From the NCBI GenBank assembly GCA_051047955.1, contig JBPGPT010000043.1:62001-109750 (forward strand): a DNA stretch of 47,750 nucleotides. Reading direction: 5' to 3'. This DNA is from Cystobasidiomycetes sp. EMM_F5 (taxonomy: Eukaryota). The notes below the pieces were generated by a model, which saw nothing but the letters and a program-made list of their open reading frames with translations, was not told where the DNA came from and made no database searches. Made by a program: the position numbers and the translations under genes. Positions 1-15,168 of the stretch are shown piece by piece (position 1 is the stretch's first letter; each line of letters begins with the position of its first letter).

Positions 1-1615
<1,615 letters not shown>

Positions 1616-2758
1616 TGTCTAGGGACATTTCCGAGTAGGTTTTATGTATCTTAGCGACACTTTTGCGTATTCGTTTTCTGCAAGCATCGAAATGCATTGT
1701 AATATGTTGAAAAGCTACTTCCACTGCCTGCCATCGTGAACATTGGCGACTCCCAAAAGCCTAACGACGTTCACACTGCTGCACGCTATTTTGCCTGTGC
1801 AAATTGCCGATCTTTGCCGGCCAGCTTGTTTTATGCTTCTCGTCATACTATTTGCTTGTTTTGAGTGAGCGGCTGCTGACATCTTGACGCCGTCCGCTCG
1901 TCTCCACCTCATGTACTACAGTACGTGAACCGCAAAGGGGGCAGTTGCGAATGCCTGAAGCACTTCTCGAGGCCTCTGAAAGCGTTGGCAGCGTATGCAA
2001 AGTCAGATAGAAACCATAACGCTGCTACTGTCTGGCACATCAACTCTGTCCGTGATGCCTGGTTGGCCGCAATGTCCGTAAATTAATCAAAAGCTGCCGG
2101 CTTTTAGTGCCCGCGGCTGGTGCCCCGCTAAAGCGCAAAGCCTCCAAGGGAAACAGATTGCCAGCGAAGATCGAGGAAAATGCAGGTCGCGTGGAGTGCA
2201 GCTGCGACAGCTGGCGATCCGGGAGAGGGCTGCAGCTGTCAGCCTGTCTGATGATAGAGGATGACTAGTTCTGCTATGAAAATCGAGCCAACACGAACCC
2301 TTGTCCTACTGCACCTAAGACTGGCCAGGCGTTGAGCTGCTGCTGAGCCGTTCTGCCAAAAAGTCTGCCTTCGCACTGTCGTCAAGATCGCAGCGGTCCT
2401 GCGCCGTCTTTACTGAAACGGCAGAGCGGACCCCGAGTGAGCCAGAAGAAACACGGAAGCCTTTCCCGCTAGAATCACGAATTACCGTCAGCCTCGGGCT
2501 CCAACGACTACAACGGGTTGCGCAGCGACTTCCCACCGAGACACCCGGCGTACGAGGTTCCTCACTGCTTGACTGGTTTGCGGCTCAAATCGGTACCAAC
2601 GCTGAACGGACAGTACGGGAAAGCTATAAACGGCGCCTAGCCAGCTCGCATCCACTCTCTAAACGATCCTGCATCAAGCCAGCTTCCATCAAGACTACTC
2701 TGCGAGATTTCCATGCCACGCCGGTCGCACGAAATCGGCCCGTCTGTCACGGCACGTG

Positions 2759-5700
2759 ATGGCAAACCCGAGAGATCCGATGACTAATCAACAGTACTAT
2801 ACTCCGGGAGTAAGGGCAAAAGGACTCATGAAGCCTGTCAGATACACTGACTCTGAACGTTCACCTCCATTCTCAAATCCGACCTTGAAAATCTCACATA
2901 CCTCTCCTCTCTCTCGTTACAGCTCCCCCATTATATGCGTCCCGGCTCGCACGGAGAAGCTGCCCAACAACCTCCCAATCCCTTGGCGGCATTCAGTGCC
3001 TCCGCAAAACTGGCGAGCGCATCGTCCAGCAGTCCTGGTACAAGTTCAGGCAATCAAGCAGCCGTCCCTAGGAGGCAAAGAATTCCGCGAGCTTGCGATA
3101 CTTGCAGGTGCGGTGGACCACATTTGTATCCATTGCAGCCAACTGACGTGCTGCACTATGCCTACGTATGACAGGCGGAAGAAGATCAGATGCAATTTGA
3201 CCCAGATGCCTCTCGGAGAAGACGATCCGGAGGATGACGAGGACGAGGATGAGCAGAATGGCCGCCAGTATGAGCGCAGTAGCGTGGCATATAGGCCTCA
3301 AACTGCGAATGGACCTCCGCTGCCTCCGAGAAAGCCTCGAGAGTGCGTCAACTGCCTACAAGCTGGTTTAGTTTGTACATTCACAAAGAGCGCAGCGAAG
3401 AGGGGGCCAAACACAGGATACATCCAGCATCTCGAGACAAGGTTGGCTGCGCTCGAATCATCTGTAAACGGTGAGGATATTAGTAAGCAGACCAAGTTGG
3501 AACAGCGGCGGCCCATGACAGGCGGTTCGATTCTGTCCATCCACGATCCCAAGAAACGATCACGCAGTACCAGTGTCAACGCTGAACCGGCTCCTTCCCT
3601 GGGTGACGCTGGATATGGTGCGCTTCTTGGCGGAACACCGGCAGGCCCCGTCTCGGAGCGAATGATCCCAGATGGTACTGCTGGAAGTATAGCATTACAG
3701 AGCAGGAACATCTCCTCACCGGCCCCCGCACTGAAGGAATCTCAGACACCTCTACACCATCACATCGCTAAGAAACAAAGACTCAGCGGCAAACTCCCGC
3801 CTATACTAACAACAGTCTATCAGCATTCATCCCATGTTTCCGGTCAGATATCAGGTCACTTTCCAGGTGATGTGCCTTCAACCTCGACAGACACACTACA
3901 GCTTGCGACCACAGTGCCTCGTCAGGTGGACACGAGTCCCAGCGGAGTCACAAGCAATCGCACCGCGTCTCCAGAGCGAAAATACCGTCATTACGAAAGG
4001 CCAGTGTCCGGCTCCGGAGTTTCTCAATCGTCAACGGATGTAACTATTCGAGAAAGTCCTGCAACGCACACATATGATTATCACGCCCGACCTTCAGGCC
4101 CCGTCTATGCTTCTCGACCGAGTCCTCGAGACCCTGAACATAGGAAAGCAACCTTGCCTCCTATATCCAAGCTTTTGTCCGAGATACCTCCCGAGCCCCT
4201 ACTACCTCCCCGACAACATGCTCCTCCAGACCATGCCCGCTATAGGCCCCTTTCTGCGCATCCTATTCCTTCGGTCGCAGGGCAACCTTCTGTTTCACCA
4301 CCTGGATATGCAGTCCGGCAACCTGAGCAGCACTTCGCGTACGCCTCAACAGGCTCGGTGGACGGCTCAAGCAGAAGTGAGGGGAATCACGACACTCGCT
4401 CCAGTGCCAACCATCGAATGCATAGCCTTAGTGGGTCGTCAAGCCTTACCGCAGCTGGCCCTTCGGCCAGAACCTCGCCTGAATCTACACATAAGACACG
4501 TGGCTATGCTACATCCGACAGGAGCATCGTCAAGAGACCATCGCGAGAGCTACACCAAACGAACCCATCCATATCTACGAGGGGCAAGCCTCTGGATGAT
4601 CCTCGGCAATCGCACAACCAGGCTTCAATACGATACTCCGGGGAAGGTGGTCGCATGATGGTGGACCGCGATCATGATAGCACGCATTTGCGCCGCGAAT
4701 TGTTTTCGACTCCGGCCATGCGGACATTCGCATTGCTGCCTCTGCAAAGGTTGCACAGCGGATTTTCCGGATGTCGTACACTAATTAGAGCTGGTAAATT
4801 GTTGATATCGCCAGGCAACAGGATCCCCAACGATTCTTGGCTAGCACAGCAATGCGAAATCATCGGCTCTGCTATGCTACCATCAAATACGTCTACCTCA
4901 AACTCTGACGCCGTCCCAGAACAAGTCGAGACGCTTCTGCTGTGTTACGTAGACGCTGTTCGGCGCGGAAAGAACATCTCAGGCGTGCTGGGTGCCATCT
5001 CTGGGAAACTCACCGTATTGCAAAGTCGAGAAGTCGACATAAAACGTTATAATGCTGTATTGACATTACTAGCAATCTGGTATGTCTTCGTGTTGTCGAA
5101 ACCGAAGATGCATCTGGCTGATCATTCGTCAGGCATACCACGAGTCTACTATCCCGGAAAATGTACCCGGCTGCACCGACAATTGCTGATCCTGAACTGC
5201 TCTATGAGGCTCTAGAACAAGAGGATCCCGTAATACGCTGTATCTGTTATACAACCTTTGCGCTGGATCGCATGTGCCGTCGCTACGTCGAGAACAATCA
5301 GCAACAGATCGCTGCAGAAACACTGGAACTAGCATTGCCGCTGGCCATCACTGCTCAACTACCACTTGCTCAGCAGCAACTACAGTTGTTGGCAGTGCTG
5401 GACTCTTTCGTACTGCTGTTAAACTTTCTCTTCAATCGGTATACCGATGCTGCCATGCCCTTCGAGATTCTAGACCATCAGCGTCACAATATTTACAACA
5501 TCATAAACGAATTCAGCATAAGCGGAGTATCCGAATTATTCATCGGACCTCATGTGCTCTGTACTGGTACGGACTCGTCTGAAAGCGTCAACTTACCCTG
5601 ACTAAAGCGCGCTTTTTGACTACAGCTGCTGTTGCGACAATATATTGCATCGCATTTTGTCGCTCTTGGCTTACGGATGATCGTCCAACACATAATAAGA

Positions 5701-5960
5701 TATATCACGGCTTATACAAGGAGTATATGAGCACATTGGATCTGCTCAAGCAGCTCGCAATTGCACTTACGGCCCGATCCGATTCTGGAGATTATGTGTC
5801 TGACATGTGGCATCTATATGACAGCATACTGCGTTACATCAGGGTGCACATCGCTGCCGCGATATTCTCAAAGCCGGACTTCCTGAATTCGCAAGCGATT
5901 GTCGCCAAGTATGTAGAATTGGGGTACATGGGGCTGGTTCTAGAAAATGCCGATCAGTGA
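2759..5960 (+). CDS. Zn(II)2Cys6 (Gal4-type) transcription factor with Rgt1-like linker and expanded C3-C4 loop
   Basis: Splicing introns 2810-2922 and 3108-3174 gives RIPRACDTCRRKKIRC-x50-CVNCLQAGLVCTF followed by KRGPNTGYIQHLETRLAALE (linker + coiled coil). Further 3' introns near 5080-5130 and 5570-5620. Confidence 0.85.
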
Positions 5961-6193
5961 AGCCGTAGATGTCTTTACGTCACGTTATATTGATGCAGTA
6001 CTGAATCGGTGCCCATAGGCAAGGATCGCTTCCATAGTATCTATATATACGGACATACTTATGTACCAGCCATAAGCAGACAGCTATGCACTGGAGCGCT
6101 CCTCCCTACAACGACAAGAGAAGAGCGAAGGGGTATATACGAATCAGATGCTGTGACCTTGCTAGATGGCAGGCGCTGCAGCAGACGTGTGCA

Positions 6194-8778
6194 CTAAAAC
6201 CCTTCATTGTACAATTTCCTGCATAGAGCGACATAGAATCGCTCGCGATCAAATTTTGCCGGCTTGAGGCCTGCAGTCGAGTTACCATTTGACGAGGAGC
6301 TAGACGAGCTCGTAGAAGACAATCCGAACATTAGTCGTGCCGCGTCGGACGCATCCTTCGGCGCGGCATCTTTAGCCGTTGCGGTGACAGACTTAGGGTC
6401 GACGTTGGTTGCGTCAGAAAGAGGAGGCGATCCAGCGCCCGCTATAGGGATTCGGCGAGCAATCCACCCAGCTATACTGGCCAGAGTAGTAAATGCGCCC
6501 TCCGCACCACTTGTAGTCTTCGATTGAAGAATTGGGCCTGTATTGCTCTGGTGCTTATCGCTGCGCGCATATGATGCCTTGTAATCGGGCTCTGACATTG
6601 AACTCCATCCGCCATAGGTGTCTCGCTGCGCAATGCGCGATCCTACCTCCTTGGCTACATCTTGCCAGCCAAATGAGGTTTGCGATGCCGGTGTTTTGGC
6701 CTGATCTTCTTGTCTTGTCGACGTTGGCTCCTCTGTGCTCGACGTTGCATTGTCTTGACTTGAGCCGGCTACTCCGACTTTCTTCTTGCTCTTGCCATCC
6801 GGATTCAGACCGCTTCCACCACGCACCGCCCAGTGGTCGGTGTTTTCCAAACAGCCCAGACTGCACAATCGGAGATTAACTATCTAATCCAAATGAAGCT
6901 GCGGTGCCGGACCATCTCGACTTACAATTCTCCCCATTTAGCACTGTAGACTGGTACCAGGCCGTCATTTCCCCATATCATTTCCGCCTCTTGCCGAACA
7001 TCCTGACTCGGCTGAAACGGACTTGCTTCCCTCTCTAACCTGATACGCTCCATTCTTTCGTTGTACGCAGCTCGCTCGCTTTGTTCTGTCTTGTCGAGGA
7101 TCAGCTTTGGTAGCCACAGCGGATGAGTGATGGGGAGTTTCGGACATCGTGCCGCAACCGAGTAGTACTTTACTCCGGGAACGTCTGGAGTCATTGGATT
7201 GAAATGCTTCGCCAAGAATTCCGGGGCGAGGTTGGCGTATGCTGGGGAGTCCAGAAGGTCAAGTAGGTATGCGCCAAGCGAAGTGTTGAGCGTATAATTC
7301 AAGCCGGGGAAGTTGATGAGGGCTTGCGCGGCAGTTTTTGTCGCACTCTTAGGCTTGCCTTCACCTGATGCCGCCTCGCTGACATCTGACGCAGCTTCTT
7401 GCGATTGAATAGACACAGCATTCGCCTTAGAATCTCGTGATGCCGTGGATCTCTCGTTGGAAATAGAAGGAGATGCGCGAGAAAGCAGGGGCGCTTTGAG
7501 TGAGTACGGCAGTGCCGATTTACCAGGTATGGGTAAGTCGGCCAGTCCAGTCCCCTTCCCGGCTTCGGCTACGGCTGAGGCCGCAGCCGCTGCAACTGAC
7601 GCTCCAGTTCCTGCCGCAGCGGCAGCGGCTCTGGCTATATCACCTATACCGATGTTGGCTTGACTATCGATAAAACACTTTAGCTAATGATTTTTCAATG
7701 GCCGATGGCCGGGTCAGGCTTACCACCATGCCATGAAATGAGATCCACGGTGAGGTGTAGCTATCGTTGTCAAGGACAGAGCGTTGAACTCCTTTGGCTT
7801 TATGTGGGTAAGCAGGTGGCGGCAGTCTAGACCGCCCATGGAGTGTGCCACAAGGTTTATATCCTTGTCTTTTGCACAAGTGGCCAGTGATTTATGCAAC
7901 TTCTGAGCTCTTTCGACGATTGATCCAGTGCTGTGCCCATGACACTTGTGGCTTAGGGCACTGCTAGCTCTGTAAAAGACCCGAAGAGACTTACCCAGGG
8001 ACCGTTGTGATAATCGGTTCTATGCCAACTACGCCTCTTAAGATGGCTAGCACATCTGCCCAGTAGTGTATGCTAGACGGCATGGTTGAAATGAATGGCA
8101 CTTTGAGTAACTAGTCTGGCAAGACGATACGCAGAGACCAACTCACCGGAGCGCGGGAAAAGTATCAAAGCCTAACGTGTCGAATCCATACAAGCCATGA
8201 CATAGTATAATGGGATTGCGCGGCTTGCGTATAGGGTCGTAGAGGGCAGGATTCGCAATGAGTGAGTTTATTTGGTCGAGCTTGATCTGAGGGGCTTTAG
8301 CTATGGCCTCCGCAGACTCGTGGTCGACGTGAGGTTGTGACGGTTTACTTGCGGGCGACGCAGTATTACTCGTTAGCTCTCGCTTGCCGACGTCTAGCAA
8401 GAATGGACTATTGATGGCATTGTCGTGGGCTACGACTGCAGCCACGACATCCTTCTCCGACCTTGTCCTCGAGAACGACCTCCACAATGAAAAGTGTCGC
8501 CTTGTACTTGCACTGCTGCCGTGTTTCTTTTGGCTGTCGTCGTCACATGACCTGACAACAACGTGTCCGTGGCCAGATATTCGAGTCGGGATAGTCGCAT
8601 TTGGCACATTTACAGCCATTCCAGTCCCAGTATACGTCTGAAAGGACCGCCTCTGCCGCACTGGCGGGCGAGTTCGAGAAGACCCGTCGCCCGAAGAGCT
8701 GCTGCAGAGGCATTCCAGCTGCTGCCAGGCTGTTGCAGCTGGAGAAGGCTGAGCAGCGAGGGTCCTAGCCAGCGACAT
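6194..8778 (-). CDS. Triacylglycerol lipase, alpha/beta hydrolase (Tgl2-like)
   Basis: PIILCHGLYGFD, nucleophile elbow LVAHSMGGLDCR, TPHRGS, NDGLV and DHW motifs across spliced exons; Arg/Ser-rich N-terminus compatible with mitochondrial targeting. Confidence 0.88.
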
Positions 8779-8959
8779 GGTAGAAGCTCAGCGCAGTATT
8801 GACTGAGTGTTCATGGTTATTATTGATGGCAGCAACCAAGCCAGAGCATGCGTGATCGAGACTTTCTTCTTCAATGACGCAGCCAGCTTCATCTGAGTGC
8901 TCTGCCAAAGACCTTCTTCAAGTCGACTACGATATAACACTGCACCGCAATCCATCGCA

Positions 8960-9729
8960 ATGCTGTCCGCAATGAGAAGCCAGAGAATCCCAGCAATGTC
9001 CGCCCGCCAGTTTATGGGGTCGAGGGGAATCGCAGTATCGACGATTCCGTGGGCTCAATCTGGTATTGAGTCGAGTACATCTAGCTCATTTGCATTCATG
9101 GCATGCGTTTAGGAGGACGTCCCACATGGTTGACCCGGAGAAGGCAAAGGAAGAACTCGAGGCCGGCAAGCAGGCGTCCATAAAGGGATCCGAGGTGAGT
9201 ATTGCTCGACATCTAGCAACTGGTAGCAGACTGATTCATAGCCTTGTCAGAACCCTGCTGCCGTTCACAAGCACGCTCCAGGGTAAGTCGAGCGCTGGCA
9301 GGGAGAACCAATCACTGATCTCCACCCAACATTCGTGTCACCCGCGTCGCTGCAGATGGAATGAAACGGTACGCATGAGGCCTACAGTACTAGTTCGGAC
9401 AGAGAATATCTGATTTCCGCGCTGACTGCTCCACTCCCCGCAGATTGCATCGGGTGCGTGTTGGGTGGCGAAATCGTGCCGCTGCTAGACAATCTGACGC
9501 ATTCGAGTCCTTTTTGCCGGCACACAGAGTCAGAAGCATTCGTCAGTCTCTTAGATGCAGTGCTATTCTATCCTTCACTGAAGTTGGTTGTCTGATATAC
9601 CAGATCAAGGCCGAAACCGCCGATGCAAGTTCGCCGGAATCACTTGTTCAAGAGACGATTGAGCGCGTCACCGAGAAGCACGGTAATGCTACTGTCACAC
9701 AAGAGAAGAAGACTACTGTCAAGTCATGA
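8960..9729 (+). CDS. Small uncharacterised, probably mitochondrial protein encoded on 7 exons including three micro-exons
   Basis: Exons 8960-9048, 9113-9194, 9251-9282, 9356-9368, 9444-9453, 9528-9541 and 9604-9729 join in frame to MLSAMRSQR...HAPGWNETIASESEAFIKAE...TTVKS*. Arg-rich, acid-free N-terminus. Confidence 0.7.
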
Positions 9730-9846
9730 GCGCGCAAGTGGATCCCACAGCTCGCGCTTGCCAAAAAAAAGCTACGACTGGAGGGGAGAAATTATGCAAG
9801 TGTCAAGCAGCTGTATCCAAGCTGATTACACAGCAAACAAAGACAT

Positions 9847-10671
9847 TTAGCCGGCTGTAGCCTTACGAGTCGCACATTTCATCTGACGCAGTTTCGAAGA
9901 CGTTCTTGATCCGTACTGATCGCTTGCTGCTCTTGCATGTGATCCACCTGCTCCGCCAACATATTCACGCCTACTGGCGGCAGTAGCAGCTGAGCTCTGA
10001 TGCACGCGGTGCGCAAACTCTGAAACCCCCGCCGATTCGTCGTCGCTGCTGTCACGACGTGTACGAGACCGAGGATCGCGAGAGGTGATCCCCGCGTCCC
10101 ACGCCCGTGAGTTGGTACGTTCAGAATGCGTAAACAGCCATGGCGGCAGATCCTTGGGCGAGGAAACGCGCTGCACGTAATACCTGCATTGGCACCATAA
10201 GCAGGGACTCTTTCGCCCTCTATTCAGCTGCGGTGAGAATGACACTAACGTACTCCTTCATGACTCTGATCAAATGACTGTCTCCGCGGTCATATCCCTC
10301 CTCGTCGGATTCTAATCACAGCACAATGAGCTTGGATTCGTAGAAGGCAATGCGAAGAATGACTGACCGCAAAGCTGATCATCTGCGTTGACTTTACTCT
10401 TTACAGCATTGGCAACACCGAGCATACCGGAACCTGTGGCATCCACTACCTTTTGCCACATCGCCCAGCCTGCATGCGGTGCATCATCGTTTGTGTCTGC
10501 TTGACTTCCTTTTGGGCGAAGTGATCGCGCAGCGGGACGAGCTGGAGTACTACGGTGATCTGATTCGTCGTCCGAGGCTTCATTGGTGTTGCCCAACAGA
10601 TTGGATGAAGCGACTGCGTCCCAGCCATCTTGACGCATTCGCTCCAGTACAGTAGTTGCAAAACGAGACAT
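9847..10671 (-). CDS. Mso1-like (Sec1-binding domain) protein
   Basis: Spliced product contains ESDEEGYDRGDSHLIRVMKEYYVQR...LPPWLF, which resembles the Mso1 N-terminal Sec1-binding motif as I recall it; two introns. Confidence 0.55.
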
Positions 10672-10942
10672 GATGGTACCGACTGCGCGTTACAACATTC
10701 GAGATAAGCAAGATGCAGCAAGAGTAGCGTATATGCATCTTTGGGTCATTAGGAGGAGCAGAGCCGGCCTTCGGCACAACCCCGCTAAGGCAAGCTGACA
10801 AGCTTGACTGTGTACGTTGCAGACTACTTAAGAGGTCAAGCAACGACTTGTTCAACGTCCTAGGCGGAACCTTGTAGTATAACTGATGTCGCGGAGTAGA
10901 GGTGGCCCAGTCGTAGGCAAATCGGGCAAGCTACCGTCCACA

Positions 10943-13791
10943 TTATCTTTGTTGAGATTGCAGCATTGCAAGCAGATCGTTTACCTGGCCAGATGCATCA
11001 GGCGGACCAGGCGGCCTTGCTTGACCATAGGTTTGCGGAGGCTGCGGCGGCCTTGCAGGCTGCTGAGTTCCGTATCCCCCACCATATGATGATTGCGGCT
11101 GAATAGACTGTTGTTGCCCCAGAAGTGACAACAGATCATTGGGTGGCGGTGGAGCACCCCCAACCGAATTTTGAAGGCTTGGAGCGGCTGCTCCTGGCGC
11201 ATTGCCGGCGTATGCATTGGACGGCGGGCGGACCGGCGACATTGGTCGATACCCGCCGCCGGCGGGAGCAGGAGGAGAAGATGCATATCCGCTCGAGCTA
11301 CGAGCATGTTGATGCACATAATTGTTATGCGACTGCTGCTGCGGCGGCAGCGCAGGCGGGGCTTGAGCAGCATTGTTCTGCAAGCCGGGTAATGATCCGA
11401 GTGATGCCAGAAGATTTCCAAGATCGGGTGCAGCAGGCTGTGGTGCCGCATACTGTTGCTGGCGTGGGGCAACATTGTTTTGCGGAGCCTGTTGCCCATT
11501 CTGAAATGGGGTCGCGGCAGCGGGAGCCGAAGGGGGAGGTTGGGAGTACTGGGAGTACTGCTGTTGTGCTGCAGCATGGCTTGTATATCAGCTTCTGTCA
11601 ACTCTAATTAGGCTGGCCTTACAGCTTACGAGCGTTCCTATTGTATGTTGCAGGTGTTGAGGCTGTTGGCACAGAGCCTGTCTGACTGCTCGCTGATGGA
11701 CCCCATTGTCTCACCGCAGGAGTAGACTGCTGCTGATCAAATGACCGAGGTGGCTCTGGAGCTCTAAAGTTACGGTTGTCAGGTGGTGCTGCAGAAGTGG
11801 CTAGTGAGAAATTATGAGGCTGTCTATTGGCAGGAGCTCGGTTGCCCAGATGGGGCGGTGGCGATGAATCCCTTTGCCCTACACCACCGGCTGCAGGGGC
11901 TCTACTCTGGACGTACTGTTGCTCTTCCTGCCTCTTATACGGCGCAGGTGGAGGATTACTGAGACAAAGGCGCTCAATACGTCGTCGACGATAAAGCCAC
12001 TGACGCTCACCTGATCGGGATATCCTTAATGTCCCAGTCGAAGAAAGCCTCCAATCGCCCACCTCCTGGATACGCAACGCCGTTCATGCGATCATACGCA
12101 TCAGACATCGCTCTGGAGTCGAAAAACTCTAGAAGCCTTTCTCTGCCAACGCTTCTTTAATCAGCCGTATTACGTTAGAGGTTCACCTGGCACTGACTTG
12201 GATGGATCACCTCCTGTATGATAAATGCCCTTGATAGCACCAAAGCCACGAAACATTCGATCGAGCTCAAACTCTTGTATGGGCCCTAGCCCATCTTTCA
12301 GAAGTAGACGCAGTGTCCCTTGAGCTTTGTCCCGATCACACTTTCTGTTCGGATTATCCTCGTCTCTTGGCAAGGAGTAGTGAACATCGATCTATACCGA
12401 GAGCGCCATGGAACAATGTCAGCTTTCTATTTAGGACTGTCACCACAGCTTGCGGACATACAGGCCTGCCTGCAACCACAAAGCCTTGCATTTTGTCTCT
12501 GGCCTCAATAGCAGTACGGAGGTCATACTGTCGAGCATGAGTGTAAGCGCAACTGCCCTCCATGCGAGCCTTACAATCCTCGTTGGCTTACATAAGTGAC
12601 AAAGATCAAGCCACGGGTGCTGATAAGATCAAAGAATGACTTCATTTCGCCAGCAGCCGTAAACCTCTCGCGTAGATCCGTCCCGTCCGTATCATACTGA
12701 AGTAGCATTTCGGCAGATGGGCGAACCGCATCAACGACGGTTAGTTGCGGTTATTGTAAGCAGGTGTGCGGTCATTCAAGAATCACCTTTACATTACGAA
12801 CAAACAATGTTCTGCATGGTCTTTCCTTAGCAATACGCTTCTCTATCTTGGCCGTTTCAGCTTCATAATTTTGCTTTGGTGGACCTTCTCTGTTCGGCAC
12901 GTAGCCTGGTTGGTCTGTATATCCAGCTGGAGAACGGTCGTTGGATCAACAATGGCAGCAGTCACAGGTGGATGATGGGAATGGACGGTAGAGCATATAA
13001 TCAGTGGACTAAACAAGACGACTCTGAGTGTACCATGTCCGGTGGAACTTAGGCTGATAGCTGCTGTATCGCCGCCAACATCGGTTGTTCAGGTGGCCTG
13101 ATCTACTCTTTCAGAGCATGAGATTCCCAGGGACCTCAATGAACAACTCGACGAGCAGTACTCATTCAGATGAATCTGCGAAGCTCATACGGCATCAGGC
13201 TGAAAAGGGCGAGCTTAGCATACCTCGAGAAGCAGGCTGCTGCGGGTAAGGGTCTGGTCGAGCGTAAGCGTGATTTGGTACATATCCTGGAGCCTGTGCA
13301 GAGGAAGCCGAGGATGCCCTCTCTGACTGTTGCTGCGAGTATTGGGTAGCGGACGGGGCATACGAGTTTGCGAAATTGCTTGAAGACGCAGACGAGGGCG
13401 GCGGTGGTGACTGAGCGTAGCCAGTCGGCGGTCCTTGTCGACCACGTTCAGCAGGCGGAGCGTACGGCGGGGCATTGCTTCTGTAGGGCGGATGCGAGTT
13501 TCGATCTGGGCCAATATTTCCAGCATATCCCCCAGCAAAAGTATCCCTCCCCTCAGGAAAGCCGCTCCGGTCACCTGGAAGGCCGTACGCTCCGCCTTGT
13601 TGGCCGTATCCTTGCGTCTGCTGACCGAATTCCGTGCCGCCATTCCCACGGGCGTCGCTGGGCGGATATCCTTGGTTTGCTCGACCAAATCCGGCACCTC
13701 TGCCAGCTCCTCCAGCCTGCGCACCACCACGTCTGCCTGGACGGCCATTGTCCTGGTCATAGCCTCCATACGGGTTGTATCGCTGCATTTT
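10943..13791 (-). CDS. Tandem-RRM RNA-binding protein (Mei2/EAR1-like RRMs) with Gly/Pro/Gln-rich low-complexity termini
   Basis: ERPCRTLFVRNVK...RGLIFVTY-YDLRTA...GRP-IDVHYSLPR, second RRM GTLRLLL...EFFDSRAM. Multiple GT-AG introns; first intron 12927-13223. Confidence 0.8.
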
Positions 13792-13958
13792 TGGCAGGTT
13801 TAGTAGGGAAATTAACCCTTGTCTCTCCATTCAACGTCAGCTTGAAAGGCGCTGCTGCCCGGGTTGATCACTCGTCAACCGCTCTGGAGGAACTCTGCGT
13901 TACTGAAGCTTGCAGCAACTTGATTCATCTGCGATCTGACAACTGCTGCGCAACTACC

Positions 13959-14984
13959 ATGTCTGCTCGTGCTGGCGCTGGAGCGACGGCGCGCGTCAAC
14001 TCGTTCAAGCTGTCAGTCGGCTTGCTCGTAGCAATCAGTTTACGACCGAGGACAGCGAGTCAAAACATGCTAAAGGTTGCAATATGATCCAGCGTGCTGC
14101 TAGGAGAATCCGCAGTCGGCAAATCATCTCTGGTGCTTCAGTTTGTCAAGGGGCAGTTCGACGATTATCGCGAGAGCACCGTGAGTCCGCACAGCTGCGC
14201 ACGGACGGTGCATGTAGCTGACGAATTGACCTGCTTGATGCGACAGATTGGCGCAGCATTCTTGACGCAAACCATCATCCTCGACGAGACAACGACAGTC
14301 AAGTTTGAGGTGCGGCTTGCGTTTCTCGCGGATGTCAAGGGGCGACTGACAAGCTCTTGCTACCTCATAGATATGGGATACCGCAGGCCAAGAAAGAGTG
14401 AGTCGATAGCAGTCAATCGAGCATGTTTCGTTGGGATGCTGATGATCTTATACAGTATAAATCGTAGGGAATTATGTATTGTAACGAGAGATCATTAATT
14501 AACGATCCGAAACACTGCTTCAGCTTGGCTCCCATGTATTATCGCAACGCAAGCGCTGCGGTAGTCGTATACGATATTACCAATGCTGTCAGTGTCGCAT
14601 TCAACTATGATGCCATATTTCGCAGCTAATTCATCGGCATCGTACCGACCATAGGCATCGCTCGAGAAGGCAAAGTCATGGATACGCGAATTGCAGAGAC
14701 AAGCAGACCCGCAAATCGTCGTCGCGCTGATTGGCAACAAGAGCGATCTAAGCGAGAGACGGGCCGTAGAGACGGAGGATGCGCAACGCTATGCCGACGA
14801 AGAGTCTCTTTTATTCTTCGAGACATCCGCAAAGACGGCGGACAATGTCTCTGCGGTCTTTGAAGCGATAGCCAAGAAGCTTCCTCTGGAGAAACCGAAA
14901 CCTGCCCGAGCTCAAGCTGGAGCTGGCGGAAATGTCAGCCTGACTCAGCGGGGACAAGGTGAACAGGCCGGATGTGCATGTTGA
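13959..14984 (+). CDS. Rab5-family small GTPase (Vps21/Ypt52-like)
   Basis: Exons 13959-14011, 14093-14180, 14247-14309, 14371-14397, 14456-14463, 14524-14587, 14655-14984. [14 protein letters not shown] effector motif, [28 protein letters not shown]-terminal CAC prenylation motif. Confidence 0.95.
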
Positions 14985-15168
14985 ATGCAACCACTACATG
15001 GGGAGTTGCGTTTCTTCGCTACCGCTATAATACATGTATAGTCTGCCGTCAACGCCTAGCGGATTTATCGGAGTTTCTTTCCTATACCATCACTGCTTTT
15101 ACCTGGATGTAACAGTACTTCTGTAGCCATGTCTTTGATTCTAGATTACCATGACACACGTTGAACAT

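Noticed and set aside
2756..3174. N-terminal part of the 819-aa ORF as given in the track
   Set aside because: Reads through two introns and uses the wrong frame for exon 2; the spliced model restores the first two Cys of the zinc cluster.
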